Source: Lophium mytilinum (Eukaryota). From it: a stretch of DNA of 64,000 bases. Positions 49,600 through 62,244 of the stretch are shown here, in pieces (the first letter of the stretch is position 1; each line of letters opens with the position of its first letter). The notes beneath the pieces are model-generated. The model did not search any database. It saw only the letters and a list, made by a program, of their open reading frames with translations, and was not told the origin of the DNA. Both the position numbers and the translations under genes were made by a program. The stretch covers positions 689,834 to 753,833 of the forward strand of contig MU004189.1 of NCBI GenBank assembly GCA_010093605.1, in the 5' to 3' direction.

Positions 49600-51446
49600 A
49601 GCTGCGGTGGATGGTGTACGTAGGTCAATGACGAAAGGTAGTGAGTGATGTTGGTGGGAGGAGAGGCAAATAAAGGTTTAAAGAGGTGGAAGCAGGCCGG
49701 CGGGCTGGCTTGGAGAGTGGCTGAGTCTCTTCGTCATGCATGGAATTCTTGGCTGCAAGCTAAGCTGCCCCAGAAAGTCGGCTCGACCGCGGTCCGCAGC
49801 AAGCAGGGCACGTGGTCGGTGCGGTTTTCGATGGTTTGACGTCTGCTGCGGTTCGTGAGATTTGGAATCGGCCTCGTTGCAGGCATATCTTGCGAAGATG
49901 CGTGTCTGATGGTGACAGTTATTCTTATTGTAAGGCATGCGCCGCCAGCTTTGTCCGTGTTCTTTATCATTTCAGCAATCAAAGGCAGGAATAATCCATG
50001 GCATGACAATAATAAAGCTTGACGTGCGTAACTGCCCACGTCACTGCTTCGATGAAGGTTAGATCTGTGTTATGAAAGTGTGCCAGTGAAGACCCAATAG
50101 TCTGTGCTCTACTGTTTCACTGATCACTCATCCAGCAACGAAGCACTCCTCGCATCCACTGGAATGATAGCAGGCTTCGTTGACCAGATATCCAGGTCCT
50201 GAACGTGTATTGCTAGTAGCATCAATCCATGGGGAATGTTGCTTCTAGAAGTGTCGGGGTTATTTCCGCAGAACTCACCCAATAATAGCGCGGCTCCTCA
50301 TCGTTTTAGCTCCCTTGACGAAGCTGAGTCTAGAGTAGAGGGTCGTCTGCTCGGACTACCGGCCGAACGACTCGAAAGCAATGCTGCGGTCCCGTGAGGA
50401 TCTCAATGAAGAGCATTGTTAGGGGCCAGGGCAGCCGTGCCGAACGCCAGAAGATATCCCTGCAGCGCCTCACGGGTGCGATATCCGCACCGCCACACAT
50501 GGCCCATTGCAGCCACCTGCGCCACACCATTCTTCACCTCCCATCCCTTTTCGTCAGGAGTTTCAAGGAATTCGTCCAGTGCGCGACACAGACGACAATC
50601 AGTCTGCGAGATGATAGTTTCGATAGAGACAGACATGAGTGTCATTACATGGAGAACTGATGAGCAGCTACGAAGTTGACTTGAATGCTTATATACGTAG
50701 CTCTTCAATTGGCATCGCTCCCTTTCCTAGTACTCTAAAAGAATCATTTGGTTCTTCCAAACAGCTACCGCGTTGCACATTGCCTTCAAAGGCGAGTCGA
50801 AGGGAGTGTGAACCCCCATATCCCGCTACCCAACCAATCTGCGTGTTCCCTGAGGCTACGTAAGAGCACACAAAAAGCAAAAAAGGATACAGATCAAGGA
50901 ACAAAACACCACCTCCTTCTACCCACAATGCAATGATTCTACGATAGCTCTGGGCAAAGTACCTCGCGCGTTGCTTGTCGTCGCTATTGAGTTATTATTT
51001 GACGTGCAGGTGCTCAATGGCTATACCCAGGACGTCGTAGGACTCTAGAAGTTTCAAGATGAGACTGGAATGAGACCTTAAGTCAATGTAGTGTACACAG
51101 AGAACGAAACAAGCTTGTCTCTTGTAACAACGCTGGTCATCTCGAAACCAAGGCACTCATAAAGCAAGTCGACGACAACAAAGGCGTTGTGGTGCCTCAA
51201 GGTGAAGAATATGTCAGGCCGCCAGGCTATCAAAGGGTCCATCGGTACTACTTAAGGGTAGATAGAGCGTCGAAAATCAAAGTAGACTCAAGCTTGACAT
51301 CAGACTCTTTACTCTTGCAGTCATATCTCGAGATTGGTCGTTGCCACAAAACCAAAGTCAAACCTACCTTCTCAGGTTCGAGGAATACCAACATGAGCAC
51401 CAACCCAGACTAGCCCGAGATCGGCACACAGACAGCCTCGCTATTA

Positions 51447-52199
51447 ATGCGACTCCGATCTCTTCTGAACACGCTCGGCTCCATGAGACAAGGTGTCAAT
51501 CAAGCGAAGCTAGACATGGAAGACATAAAACATGACCCTCTCAGAGAGCGCATTGACCCTCGCAGCAACCAGATAAACCGAGATCACGTAGCTAAGAGGC
51601 TGAGCAAGCAGCTCAAGAGCTTTCGCGGCCTTATGTTGAGCCACATCAAAACTCTTGGCCCTGCCAAAAAGTACAAGGGCCCTCGCAGCGACGAGGAAGA
51701 TGAAGAAAAGGTTACGAGAAGCCTACTCATACAGTTCGAGCACTTCGGCGTCGACATATCCAACCATCTAGATGCCCTAGACGATGCTGCTGGGAACATG
51801 AAGGGGTTGGACCTTCTCAGGGAGAGCTTGGAGTCGTTTGAATCCGATCGCGGAAGCCTCATCGAATACCTAGGCGCTGATCCAGGAGCTAGGAAGGCAC
51901 CCAGTCTGAACGTCACCGTGAATCGATTAGAAGAGTGCAACCAAGCTGTTACAGCTATGCTCGCATTCGAGCATCTAAGGTCGGCTGCTCGACCTGTGAC
52001 CTCCGAGGAACTCATTGAGTTCTTGTGTCCTTGGGTCGGCAATAGGGCGGCGCAACAAAACAGCTTTCTCCGAAGCTTCCGACGTAGCAATGAACATCGC
52101 GTTCAGTACAGCAAGGAAAACAACGCCTACAGCTACCTGCCGAATCCGGAGGATGGGTTGCCACAAGTCCACGCGCCAGGCGGATCAACGGCACCATAG
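51447..52199 (+). CDS. Hypothetical protein (250-aa ORF); probably the 3' part of a longer disrupted gene starting near 51.0 kb
   Basis: Helical, charged ORF. The same frame extends upstream through a TAG at 51411 and a TGA at 51060. Confidence 0.5.
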   Translation: MRLRSLLNTLGSMRQGVNQAKLDMEDIKHDPLRERIDPRSNQINRDHVAKRLSKQLKSFRGLMLSHIKTLGPAKKYKGPRSDEEDEEKVTRSLLIQFEHFGVDISNHLDALDDAAGNMKGLDLLRESLESFESDRGSLIEYLGADPGARKAPSLNVTVNRLEECNQAVTAMLAFEHLRSAARPVTSEELIEFLCPWVGNRAAQQNSFLRSFRRSNEHRVQYSKENNAYSYLPNPEDGLPQVHAPGGSTAP

Positions 52200-53840
52200 A
52201 CGCGTTTCGAGTGCTTGAGAGGAGCAACACAACGTAACGCACACTTGCGAGATCCTGCTTTCAACCACTAGCTATTTCAAATTGGTATGGAAACAGAAGA
52301 TGGGAATGTGGCATTGTGACCTGGGCCATGGGCTCTATATCTGGGCCTAACATATGCACTTAGGCAGTTCATAGCCTGCGAAACTTCCGGGATAGGCGTA
52401 TTGATTATAGGTTGCAACCGTCGTTTTCATTATGCGGTAAGCTGGATAATGTTTTCGTTTGTCTTTTCTGCATGTTTATAGTTTGCTGCTGGCGTATTTC
52501 CTTCTTCAACAGTCTTTCGTTTGCGCGATGCTGCTACTAGGGCGGAATGAATTGAATCAAAGTTAGAGGTGGATATTCACTAATAGGACGATGCTTCAAT
52601 TATGGTGTTGACATCTGCGTGTGCAGTGAATATGAGAACGTAAGGGGTGGTGTTGGAACCGGTGGCGATCCGGCCGACACAGAGTGGGGATGCCTTAGTA
52701 TTTACCGTATAGTTTCTGAATATATTCAGAAAGTATACGGTATACGTCCAAGGGCCGTCTGTCTTCCACAGGTTCGGCCTACAGGGGATGCCTGTCCTGC
52801 TGCCAAGACCTTCCGTTCCAAGCACCGCGATATCTCCGCCAAACCTCAGCCCTGCGACAGGGGTTTTCCGGCCATTCTCACCGAAACCCGCGCTAAGGCT
52901 GTGAGGCCAATGCTTGACAGGTTTAAGCCGCGCTCGCGGTCAATGATGGGGCCAAAGCGTCTTCTGGATCACCAACGTCACAGAGGCCTCTCAAGAAAAC
53001 TTCGAACGCCCACAACACCCGAACTCAAGTCCAATTCAATGGTGCGCGGGCATTCCTTGCATTAAGAATTTCAACCGCGTCCTGAGCCAACTCGTAGATA
53101 TTTCTAAGTCGGCCCGAGCTGATCTCCGTTTCCACCACACCTCCGTCTCCTCTTTACATGCTACATACGAGCTCTAACACGTAGGACCATGTTATTTGAT
53201 TTCCCGCGAGTGATCTACATCGTACAAGCTATATAGCTAAGTCTATTACAAAGTTATAGTTACAATGGAGCGTATAGTCGCGTTGGTGACTACATTCTGC
53301 ACTGAATGTAAGCAGACACTAGACCGTTTGGGGCCTTGTCGTGCGAGCGCAGAATCATTTGACACAGCATTTTCCGTCGGCGAAACACCTATCCTTCAAA
53401 CATCTAGCTCTCGCAGATGCTTCTGCAAAAGAATCCGGTTGGTAATTAAGGCTGTGTATGCAGGCGCAGATCGTCGTCACCTCGCGCACAGTCAGCGTAG
53501 TAGATGGCTGGTCAGGAGATGGCAGTGGAATTCCACTCGTGTCACTTCAGCATTTTATTCACAGAGCTCAGATAAGACAGGTGTACTAATGTACGATCAT
53601 CCAATCTTGATTCGCTCCTTCTCTTCAGCCTCAGCTTTAATCAAGGCTGTGTTACCCCCCTAATGGACGCTATGGGTGGCTTTAGCTTCCTGTCAGTTTC
53701 TGTGCTCCATGTCTTAACCTTATAAAGGTTGATGTCTTCCTTCCAGATAGACAGAAGAAAGTATCCATTCCTCGTATCTTCTATTCTCTAAGACGCAGCA
53801 CCGCACTCTACCTAGTCACGCTCCTTTTACAACTCCCACT

Positions 53841-55472
53841 ATGCAACCCCATCATCTCCTCTTCGCGTTGCTCTTTGGTTCAATCCAATGCGCTCCGCTC
53901 TCTTCTCCTAGCAGCGACTTGCTCCGCAGCCTTAATCTTTCAGTTGACGAGCTTGGCGCAACGGTCTTCTCTCTGATCTACGGCACTCCATTGATGAATT
54001 TCTACCAGTTGGCTGCAGGAACCTTAACGAGCGTGGGCCCGAACTTTATAGGGCACCGCAACACAACGGCTACAGCTAGTACAAAGAATGTCGTCCGCCC
54101 CAACGTGGACACAATATACGGAACTGCCGCAACTGATCTTTCGGCAACTGATTTGGTTCTTGTGGTCCCCCCTATGGATGCCGACCGGTTTTATCTATTC
54201 GCCCTCTATGACCCGTTAGTACTTCCTGCCTACATTATATCCACTATTACAACAGGAGCACGAACGAGAAATCCAAGCACCCAATAACTTACATATTCGC
54301 ACAGTTACGGAGACAACTTCGCCACTATCGGTAGCGTGGCTGCCAGCAAACCAGGGAAATACCTCCTCCGATCCTCGGAATCGAACTGCGACGACGACTG
54401 CGAAGGCTACCAAGGCTGCATCACATTCCCCACCCCAATCGGAACGATCCTTGTCCGCATCGAAGTCAAGAACAACGGGACCGACGTCGCCGAGGTCAAC
54501 TCCTACTTCTCGAAAGTCTCTCTTACCCCCATCAACCCGCGCAAATCCTCCCTCCCCGCCCTTTCCCTAGCCGACTTTGATACCCTATCCAACAACACCG
54601 CGGTCTCAACACTCGAGCTGACCGCCCGTCTCGAGTCTCGCTCTCCCCCAGAGACAGCCGACTTCCAAGCCGCTGTCCCCGGGATCCTAGCTCTCGCCGG
54701 TATCAGCAACGGCGTCTATACAAAGCCAGCATCCGTTAATCTTACACACGCATCCGAGCTGGTCAACGCTTCTGCGGCCGCCTTTACAAACGCGCCCGGC
54801 AACTACCCCAGTTTCGGCAACGGCTGGTCCATCCTGAACAGCTCCTACAGCGGCACTTTCGAGTCCGGCACCGCCATCATCCCGCGCGCCCTTACCGCAA
54901 CAGCGCTCTACCTCCAGAACCAGGCCGCAAACGCGCTCTACCCAACTCTCGGGGCGACGCAGCTCAGTCTGACTGACAGTGAGGCGTACGTCTTTACCTT
55001 CTCCGGGAAGCCGCCGGTTGCAAGTGATGGTTTCTGGAGCGTGACTATGTACGACGACGCCGGCTACCTGGTGCCGAACGATGTGGACACGTACGCCGTT
55101 GGCGACCGCAGCAACATCACCTTCCCCAGCGGGGACCTGGTCTACGGCAGCGGCGCCAAGGATGGGAGTTTCCAGGTGCTAGTGCAGGATGCGAACGTGC
55201 CCCCGCCGAGTAATTGGACGGCGAAGTGAGTTTCAACCCACGCACAATCGACACGAGGAATGTTGACTGATTCTGTGCTTGTAGCTGGCTTCCTGCGCCT
55301 TCCGGTGGTGGCGACTTCACTGTGACTTGTAAGTTTTCCCCTTCCTGCGGTTCTGGCTTTGTGGGAGAGGGCTGATGGGTTCGTAGTTAGGCTGTATGCG
55401 CCTACGACCGGGGCTTCCGATGGGTCGTATGCCTATCCGGTTGTTACGAAGGGAGACGCTATTACGGCGTAG
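53841..55472 (+). CDS. Secreted DUF1254/DUF1214 domain protein, 4 exons (53841-54214, 54305-55225, 55285-55328, 55387-55472)
   Basis: Signal peptide, YGTPL, VVRPNVDTIYG...DLS, LYDPYGDNFATIGS, GKYLL, ALYP, GFWSVTMYD, YAVGDRS, NWLPAP and FRLYAP. Confidence 0.88.
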
Positions 55473-55983
55473 AGCGCGAGTCAGGATGCGGCCTACTCCC
55501 AGCGGGGCCTGCGACGTGCAAAGTTGTCAGAGCAGGCCTTGCTCTCGGGGAGCTAAAAGCGCTGGGCCGATAGTGTCACAGTATAGTGGGGGGCAATTAG
55601 TATGGGAGAGGGGTATTGTAAGTGGACTGCGGGCGGAAGAGGCAAGAGCGGGAAGTGGTCTAGTCGTCACGCCATATGACTTTTATGTGGGAATTCTGAG
55701 GGCCTGGGGCGTTCGATAGTTCTAGTAAGTAGCCATTTTTGAAGATACGACGTGCAGATCGATTTTGAACGATGAATACTTGTGCAAGATTTTGACTCTC
55801 TCGGAACGTGGATAGGAAAGTGTCTCTCCAGCAATAGTAAGATTCGAAAAAGATTATAGGGAAAAAGAAGTCATGATTGGTAGTTGATAAACAATACCCA
55901 CACCTTTTCCCCTGAGGTTATATAAATTCGGGCTAAGCTACTAAGGTTCGAATAGACAAACGATAGCTGTACAGTAGCTAGAG

Positions 55984-56961
55984 TTACATGAACGGTCTCA
56001 CCTTCTCCTCGCACCAGTCCCAGAGCTTCTTCGCATTCCCCTCATCGATTGCCCTGTAAACATCCTGCCGCGAATTAGGCTTTATGACCCCGAACGGCCA
56101 AATATAGCACCCATTCTGGGCCATAGTAATCTTCTCCGAGAATCCTGCAAACATCATCGTATACGTACCATATTTGGCGTGGTACAGCACGAAAGTCTTC
56201 AGGAAAAGCACGAACAGCCAATGCTCGCCAGCATAAATCCCCGTGTACAAGTTCCCAGGATTCTGGCACACGCTGATGATGCCCTGATCTCCCCATCTCG
56301 CGGCGCCTTCGTGTGCGAGGAAGAGATTGCCGCATTTAGACGCTGCGTAGTCGATATACTGCGTGACAGTCTTGCCACCATTGAGGCGCGGGAAGTCAAT
56401 GCCTCCTGGTGGCGAGTTCATTTCGATCTGGACGGACCCTGTCCAAACGACTCGCGACGGCTGGGTGGAGTTCTTTGCACCAGCTCGAAGAAACGGGACG
56501 AGTAAAGTCGTGAAAAGGAACGGTCCAACTGCGTTGGCGCCCATATGCGCTTCAAGGCCTTGGGGGGTGGACGACCCCGGTGCACAGCCCATGGCTGCGT
56601 TATTCCATATGATGTGCAGCTCCTTCTCCTGGGCTGCGAATCTCTCATAGGCTGGCTTCACGGTTCGAAGGTCGCTGAAGTCGAGCCCATGGAGCGGTTT
56701 TAGAATTCCCCTGGTACCTGAGGTGGATGCTGTTGACTCGATCTCGGCAATGGCCTTGGTGATTCTCTCCTCGGACCTTCCGGCAAGATAGATGGTTGCG
56801 CCGGTGGGGTAAAGGAACTTGGTGAGCTCTTTCCCGATTCCAGAATTCGCGCCCGTGATGATGAAGACTTTGCCCACTTGGCTTCCGGGTACAAGGTCCG
56901 CTTCCGTAAAGGTGGGTGATCCGGAGGGGAAAAATTGCTGCCAGATTGTTTTGAGCGACAT
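55984..56961 (-). CDS. Short-chain dehydrogenase/reductase (retinol-DH-like classical SDR)
   Basis: ITGANSGIG, WNNAA, RVVWTGS, catalytic YAASK, NPGNL and KLWDWCE. Confidence 0.92.
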   Translation of the reverse strand: MSLKTIWQQFFPSGSPTFTEADLVPGSQVGKVFIITGANSGIGKELTKFLYPTGATIYLAGRSEERITKAIAEIESTASTSGTRGILKPLHGLDFSDLRTVKPAYERFAAQEKELHIIWNNAAMGCAPGSSTPQGLEAHMGANAVGPFLFTTLLVPFLRAGAKNSTQPSRVVWTGSVQIEMNSPPGGIDFPRLNGGKTVTQYIDYAASKCGNLFLAHEGAARWGDQGIISVCQNPGNLYTGIYAGEHWLFVLFLKTFVLYHAKYGTYTMMFAGFSEKITMAQNGCYIWPFGVIKPNSRQDVYRAIDEGNAKKLWDWCEEKVRPFM

Positions 56962-57122
56962 TATTGCGGTGGCATTGAACAATGACGGAGGAAGACTGAG
57001 GTAAACCTTTTTGGATTCAAGTTTCGAGGTAAGCTGACGAAGCCGGCTTATGTAAGCCTTTAGCACAGGGTGAGATAATTCGAGGTTGGTTCAGGGATAA
57101 TTAAGCCCATGACCGAGAATCT

Positions 57123-59441
57123 TTAGACGTCCTTGAAATCTGACATTGCAGCACATTCGTGCTCGTCTGCTCTGCCTTTTCCTTTTCCTGGGCATTTGCA
57201 AATTGGAGTATCTTGGATGACAGGATCTTCTGAAAGATTGATTCGGTTAGGTTCGCTAGTGTCAAACATCGAATTTTCTGGAATGGCGGTAGGAAAGTCT
57301 TGTACAGAGAAGAAGTTACTCCAATCTACTCCAGCGTCAACGTTATAGTTGCAGTTGCTCGGAGACTCCAATTGCTCGGATTGAAGTGATCTGTAGCCGG
57401 AGTCTGACTCATTTGATTTGTCCAATTGTTGAAGAGGGATTGGAACTCTGGCTGAAAGAAGCCCGTCATCAGAGTATGGTGGTACAGAGAACGCTGCCAA
57501 GTCGTTGGAGATTTCCAGACCGCCAAGGTAGGTTGCAGGAAAATGACCGTACTGATCGGCAATGGTGTTGTCCGGCCCAGAGGTCTCTGGTAGCGCGACG
57601 GTGAATTGCTTTGAGGACGTAGAAGGCCTAGTTTGGTAATTGCGGAACAATTCTTCCTGGCATGTTTTGACAATCTCAATTATTTGTGCCTTGAGTCTCT
57701 CTTCTACAGGCTCTAGTTCTTTGTCTAGCTCATCTTCTAGCTTTCTGCGAACTCTTCGTGGAAGCTCGCGCGAAAGGTATTCTTCGTAATTGGCGATACC
57801 TATGGAGTCTGAAGACTTCGTGGCATGTTCTGGACTAGATCCGTAGTCGTAGTCTATTTTGTTATTATATGTTGTCCTAGTGAGCAGGATTGTGGGTGCT
57901 TACACGGTGTTGGAATGTTGGATTCGTCTTCATCTGGGAAAAGGATGATATATACTTCCCGCCATTTATCCTCCTCAGATCTACTAACTGCAGATCTCTT
58001 CTTGCTTCTCAGTCTAGTCTCTTGCTCTTTGTCAAATCCTTCGATAGCAGTCTTCGTACGGACATCGCATCCTTCCGAGGCTCTTTGGTGATCTTTCAAT
58101 TCCATAGTATGCTCGAAATGCTGATAGCAGCGTGGACAATGTATGGGCGATGCATGTCTTCTATACAGGTGCTCTCTGTGGATTATGAAATGTCAAAAGT
58201 ATCCAAGAGCAGCTAGCAGGCGACACTCACTTCAGACGAGGCACAGAGCTCCATCCAGGTCCTGGACACGACGTTATGTCCTGGTATCTTCGAGGGTTGT
58301 GCTTAAAGTATGGGCAAGCCAGCCTCTTCACAGACCCAGACCAATTTTTACGTAGCTTTCCACCCCTTGGAGGACCGTCATTGGAATCGTCGCCCGCATC
58401 GCCTTTGTGTGATAGCGAGTCATTATCAACGGCTCGATGGCTTCCCGTTGCTTCGGAAGAGTGCTTATTCGCTCCATTGCCTATGCCAGAGGCTCCGGAG
58501 TTTCCCAATGAGTTAGGTCCAGTGTATGACTTGAAGCCACGTGCAGATGGGTCGAACGTGGAGTAGAAGTACTCCATCAAGCGATCTAGTAAGGCCTGCC
58601 TTTTCTCCTCTACTTGAGATACTAGTAGGGCATTATTCCTTGTCGGACTCGACGATGTACCAGAATAGGACGAGTCTTCTCCATCGCTGGTATTTGAGTT
58701 TTCAAGATTCTCAGTTCCAGAGTTTTCTTCTGGATATATCTCTTCAGCGTTCGGCTCTTTGACATCTTCCGGAACTGAACGAGAAGAAAAGTGCGCCGTC
58801 GCTACTGCTCGGGTGGCATTGCTTCCGAGCGAATTGAAGTCGGATTTTTCTGCAGCACGTACTCTCATCTGCAATTGCGGTTCACTTCGGACGGGATCAA
58901 GCACTTCCAGGTTCGCCGGTATGTTATAATAACCTCCTTTACTCTTGGCCTCTGCGACAATGTTCTTCGTGTCCCTGTTATCGTGGGTAAAGCTTTCGTA
59001 TTGAAATTGCTTTGGGCTGTTCTGCCCTTGGCGTGCCTTTATTTCTGCCTGCTCGCCGCGTATTATCTTGTGCTCACGGGCCATCTGCTTGAGCAACTCT
59101 TTCTCCTGTTCTGCTGTAAGGCGGTGTTGGTGCTCTTCCTGCTGGCGGCGAAGCTCTTGCCTCGCACGGGCTCTGTTCTCCATACTGCGCAGGGGGGCTG
59201 GAAAGGCCCGAGTATATCGTCGGTTTTGCTCGGCGAACTCTTGTTGGCGTCTGTAGTCTTCTTCTTCTCGTTGGAGTCGCTGCTTTGCGAGGGCGGCTTC
59301 TTCTAGACGATACTGGCGCTCTACTTCTATGGCTTGTTCGTGCTGGGCAGCAGCCTGCTCGCGTTGGAGGGCCACTTGGAAGAGCACCTCAGCTTCGAGC
59401 TTCTTCTTCTTGCCTTTACTGAAAAGGTTCCATATCGGCAT
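57123..59441 (-). CDS. Fungal C2H2 zinc-finger protein with N-terminal coiled coil, 3 exons (59441-58231, 58175-57904, 57853-57123)
   Basis: LACPYFKHNP...CPGPGWSSVPRLKEHLYRRH...HCPRCYQHF...HQR...C, EEDKWREVYIILFP, IPTPYY and YEEYLSRELPRRVR. Confidence 0.85.
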
Positions 59442-60751
59442 TTTGAGGTGGATGTGTCTGGGGTTTTAGGTAGCCTAGTAGGGGAAGTAGAAGAGTAATA
59501 AGCTCGATAGGGCAGTATAGTTGTGCGCGAAGGCTGAAGTAAGGCGGCTGCAATGATTCAGAGTAGAATGAATAGAAATATCGAGGAGTTGAGAAACAGG
59601 TTTTAAATATCTGAGAAGGCTGAGCGCGCAGATGCGCACAACCTCGACGTCGGAACCGCCACATCCAAGATCGGCTAGTGCGTTTCTACGATGCACTACA
59701 CGCGGGCGTAGCATGAGATACGTACTCGCGATCTTGAATGCTTTTGTTGGAGTTTTTAATGTTGAAGATATCTTATTGAGCAAGCTCCAGAGAGCCGACA
59801 TCACTATCTGAGTACTGTTCGTTGAATTAACCAGGTTACCTACCTTTGTATGGAATGATGCATAGCTTGCGATGTATCAACCACGATCTTGGCTCGCGCG
59901 TAGACATATCTAGATTGTAATTCAAGGTCCTGACGATCGATCTAGTTAGTAGTAAGCAAGTAAGATATGAGTTGGAATAAGGGGTGAGATAAATTGGGTG
60001 GGTTGAATCGGCTTGCAAAAGCCTCTGTCATCTACTTAACCTACCGAATTACCCCGAGAGCCTCTCGACTATTCTAGTCTGCTTAGAACAGGATTAATAG
60101 GGTCTTCAAATCGAGATTAGGGGTTTGAGATTCCGTAGAGACTTTGAAGGCGATTCAGAGACATTAGTAGAGATGCAAGAGAGTTATTGTAAGCAGCGCA
60201 TCCTGCACGTCGACTGCGACGAGCTTGACAGTGCGAAACCCTTAACGGTCGAAAATCGGAGTCGTAGAGTGGCACACGGACGAGCTGACAGATCAATCGA
60301 AAGGATTCAAGATGGAGTAGGACATCCCATCAACTAGCTCGTTCGAATCCCACCCGATCATGGATAATGATGCAGAGGCGCAGGGCTCGAGAGCCAGTGG
60401 TGTGCTTTGAAAGTCGGAAGCGGAGGAATTGGCTCGCTAATAGGTAGGATTGGGTTTGCGCCTAGGGAGGGTTAGCACCGAATTCGCAGACTTGCACCAA
60501 TTTAGGCATGGTGAGTAGACCTCTTCTGCGCCGAATAGTGTTCTTTCACCACCAACATACCGACTCGCTCAAGATCTAACAAGATAAAGCAAAATGTATA
60601 TAACTATCGAGGGACCCGCGTGTAAGTTGCTTTCCACAATTCAAGCCCGTTCGCATCAGCTCAAACCGTCTCAATCTCATCTCTCATTCCATTTCGTGTT
60701 CAACATCTATCACTACCATTACCCATTTTCAAGCTTCAGATCTCCCCCAAA

Positions 60752-61820
60752 ATGGTTACCCTCACCCAAGTCAAGACCTCCAATGCCCTCCTCTCCACCT
60801 CCCTTCCCAACCTCGTCGCCGTCTTCGTAGGAGCCACCAGCGGCATCGGCGAATACTCCCTTAAAGCCTTCACCAAACACGCCCTCACCCCTCGCGTCTA
60901 CATCATCGGGCGCTCGCAGGCCTCCGGCGACCGCCTCACCGCCGAATGCGCACAGCTCAACCCCGGCGGCTCCTTCCACTTCATCCAAGCCGAAGTCAGC
61001 CTCATCAGCGCCGTCGATGCCGCATGCGAGGAGCTTCGCCGGCGAGAAAAACACCTAAACATCCTCTTCAACAGCGCCGGTTCTTTCGTGTCCGCAGGTA
61101 CACAATCCCTTTCCTTTCCCCAATCCAACCATACACCCACCCATTCTAACCCATCCCTCACTCACAGACACAACCGACGGCCTCCCCCAAGCCATCGCCC
61201 TCGGCTACTACACCCGCACCCGCTTCATCCTCAACCTGCTCCCCCTGCTCCGCGCCCCCTCGCCCTCCTCCCTCCGCCGCTGCGTCTCCACCTTCTGCGC
61301 CGGCAAAGAAGGCCCCGTCGTCGTCTCCGACTTCCCGGGTCGCAAGCCCCCCTCCATCATGGCGGCCCGCGGCCACGCCGCCTCCATGGTCTCGCTCTCC
61401 CTCGCGCAGATCGCCCGCGAGGCCCCCGACGTGACGTTCATCCACAACTTCCCGGGCTTTGTGCAGACGGGGATCATAGATGACTTTAAGGGGGTTGGGT
61501 GGGCGGCCGGCCGATTGGTTATGAAGGCCGTCGGGCGGTTTATATGCATGCCGAATGAGGAGTGTGGGGCGAGGCATCTGTTTTTGATGACGAGTGGGCG
61601 GTTTGGGAGTGGGGGCGTGCGGGTGGCCGGGATTGAGGGGGTGAAAGGGATGGATGGGGGGGTGGGGAGTAACTGTTTCTCGGTGACGCAGGAGGGGGAG
61701 AGTACGGGGGAGGGGGTTGTGAAGCTTCTGGAGGGGTTGAAGAAGGACGGCGTGCAGGAGGCGTTGTGGAGCCATACCATGGGGGAGTTTGTGAGGATTA
61801 CGGGGAAGGAGAAGGTTTAG
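60752..61820 (+). CDS. Atypical fungal short-chain dehydrogenase/reductase, 2 exons (60752-61097, 61168-61820)
   Basis: VAVFVGATSGIGE, YIIGRS, LFNSAG, YYTRTRFILNLLPLL, FIHNFPGFVQT, ECGARHLF and WSHT. Confidence 0.9.
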
Positions 61821-62244
61821 GGGGGGGTTGAAATGGGAAGGGAGGAAGAATATACCAGTTGTTAGTGTTTGATAGAAGCTGCGAGAATATAGTGATAACT
61901 TGTAATGACGCCGTTCCACGTGGACACATAGTTCGCATCGTGTTGGGTTGTGAAGTGACTGATCGCTGAGAAAAGCTCTCGCTTTTTGGAGGTTTTAAGC
62001 TGTACTGAGTTGAGATATGAAAATGTTTGTGTTATGGATTATATACTTTATGATCAATGCAACCAATGAAAAGGTTATTACCAAGCAGATCGTAGAGCGG
62101 GGTATCATGTGTGTCAGTCGTCGTATTAGGAGCCATGGATCCAGTCGCAAGGTGAGTCCCCATCAACGCCCAATCAAACCTTCCCATCCCATACAAACCC
62201 CGAATCCGCAACATGCGCCTTAAACCGACAATAGCGAATCGAGT

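Noticed and set aside
61158..61919. Long antisense or alternative-frame ORFs (also 32669-33218, 39780-40370, 48812-49525)
   Set aside because: Shadows of real genes caused by GC-rich, skewed codon usage; low-complexity translations.
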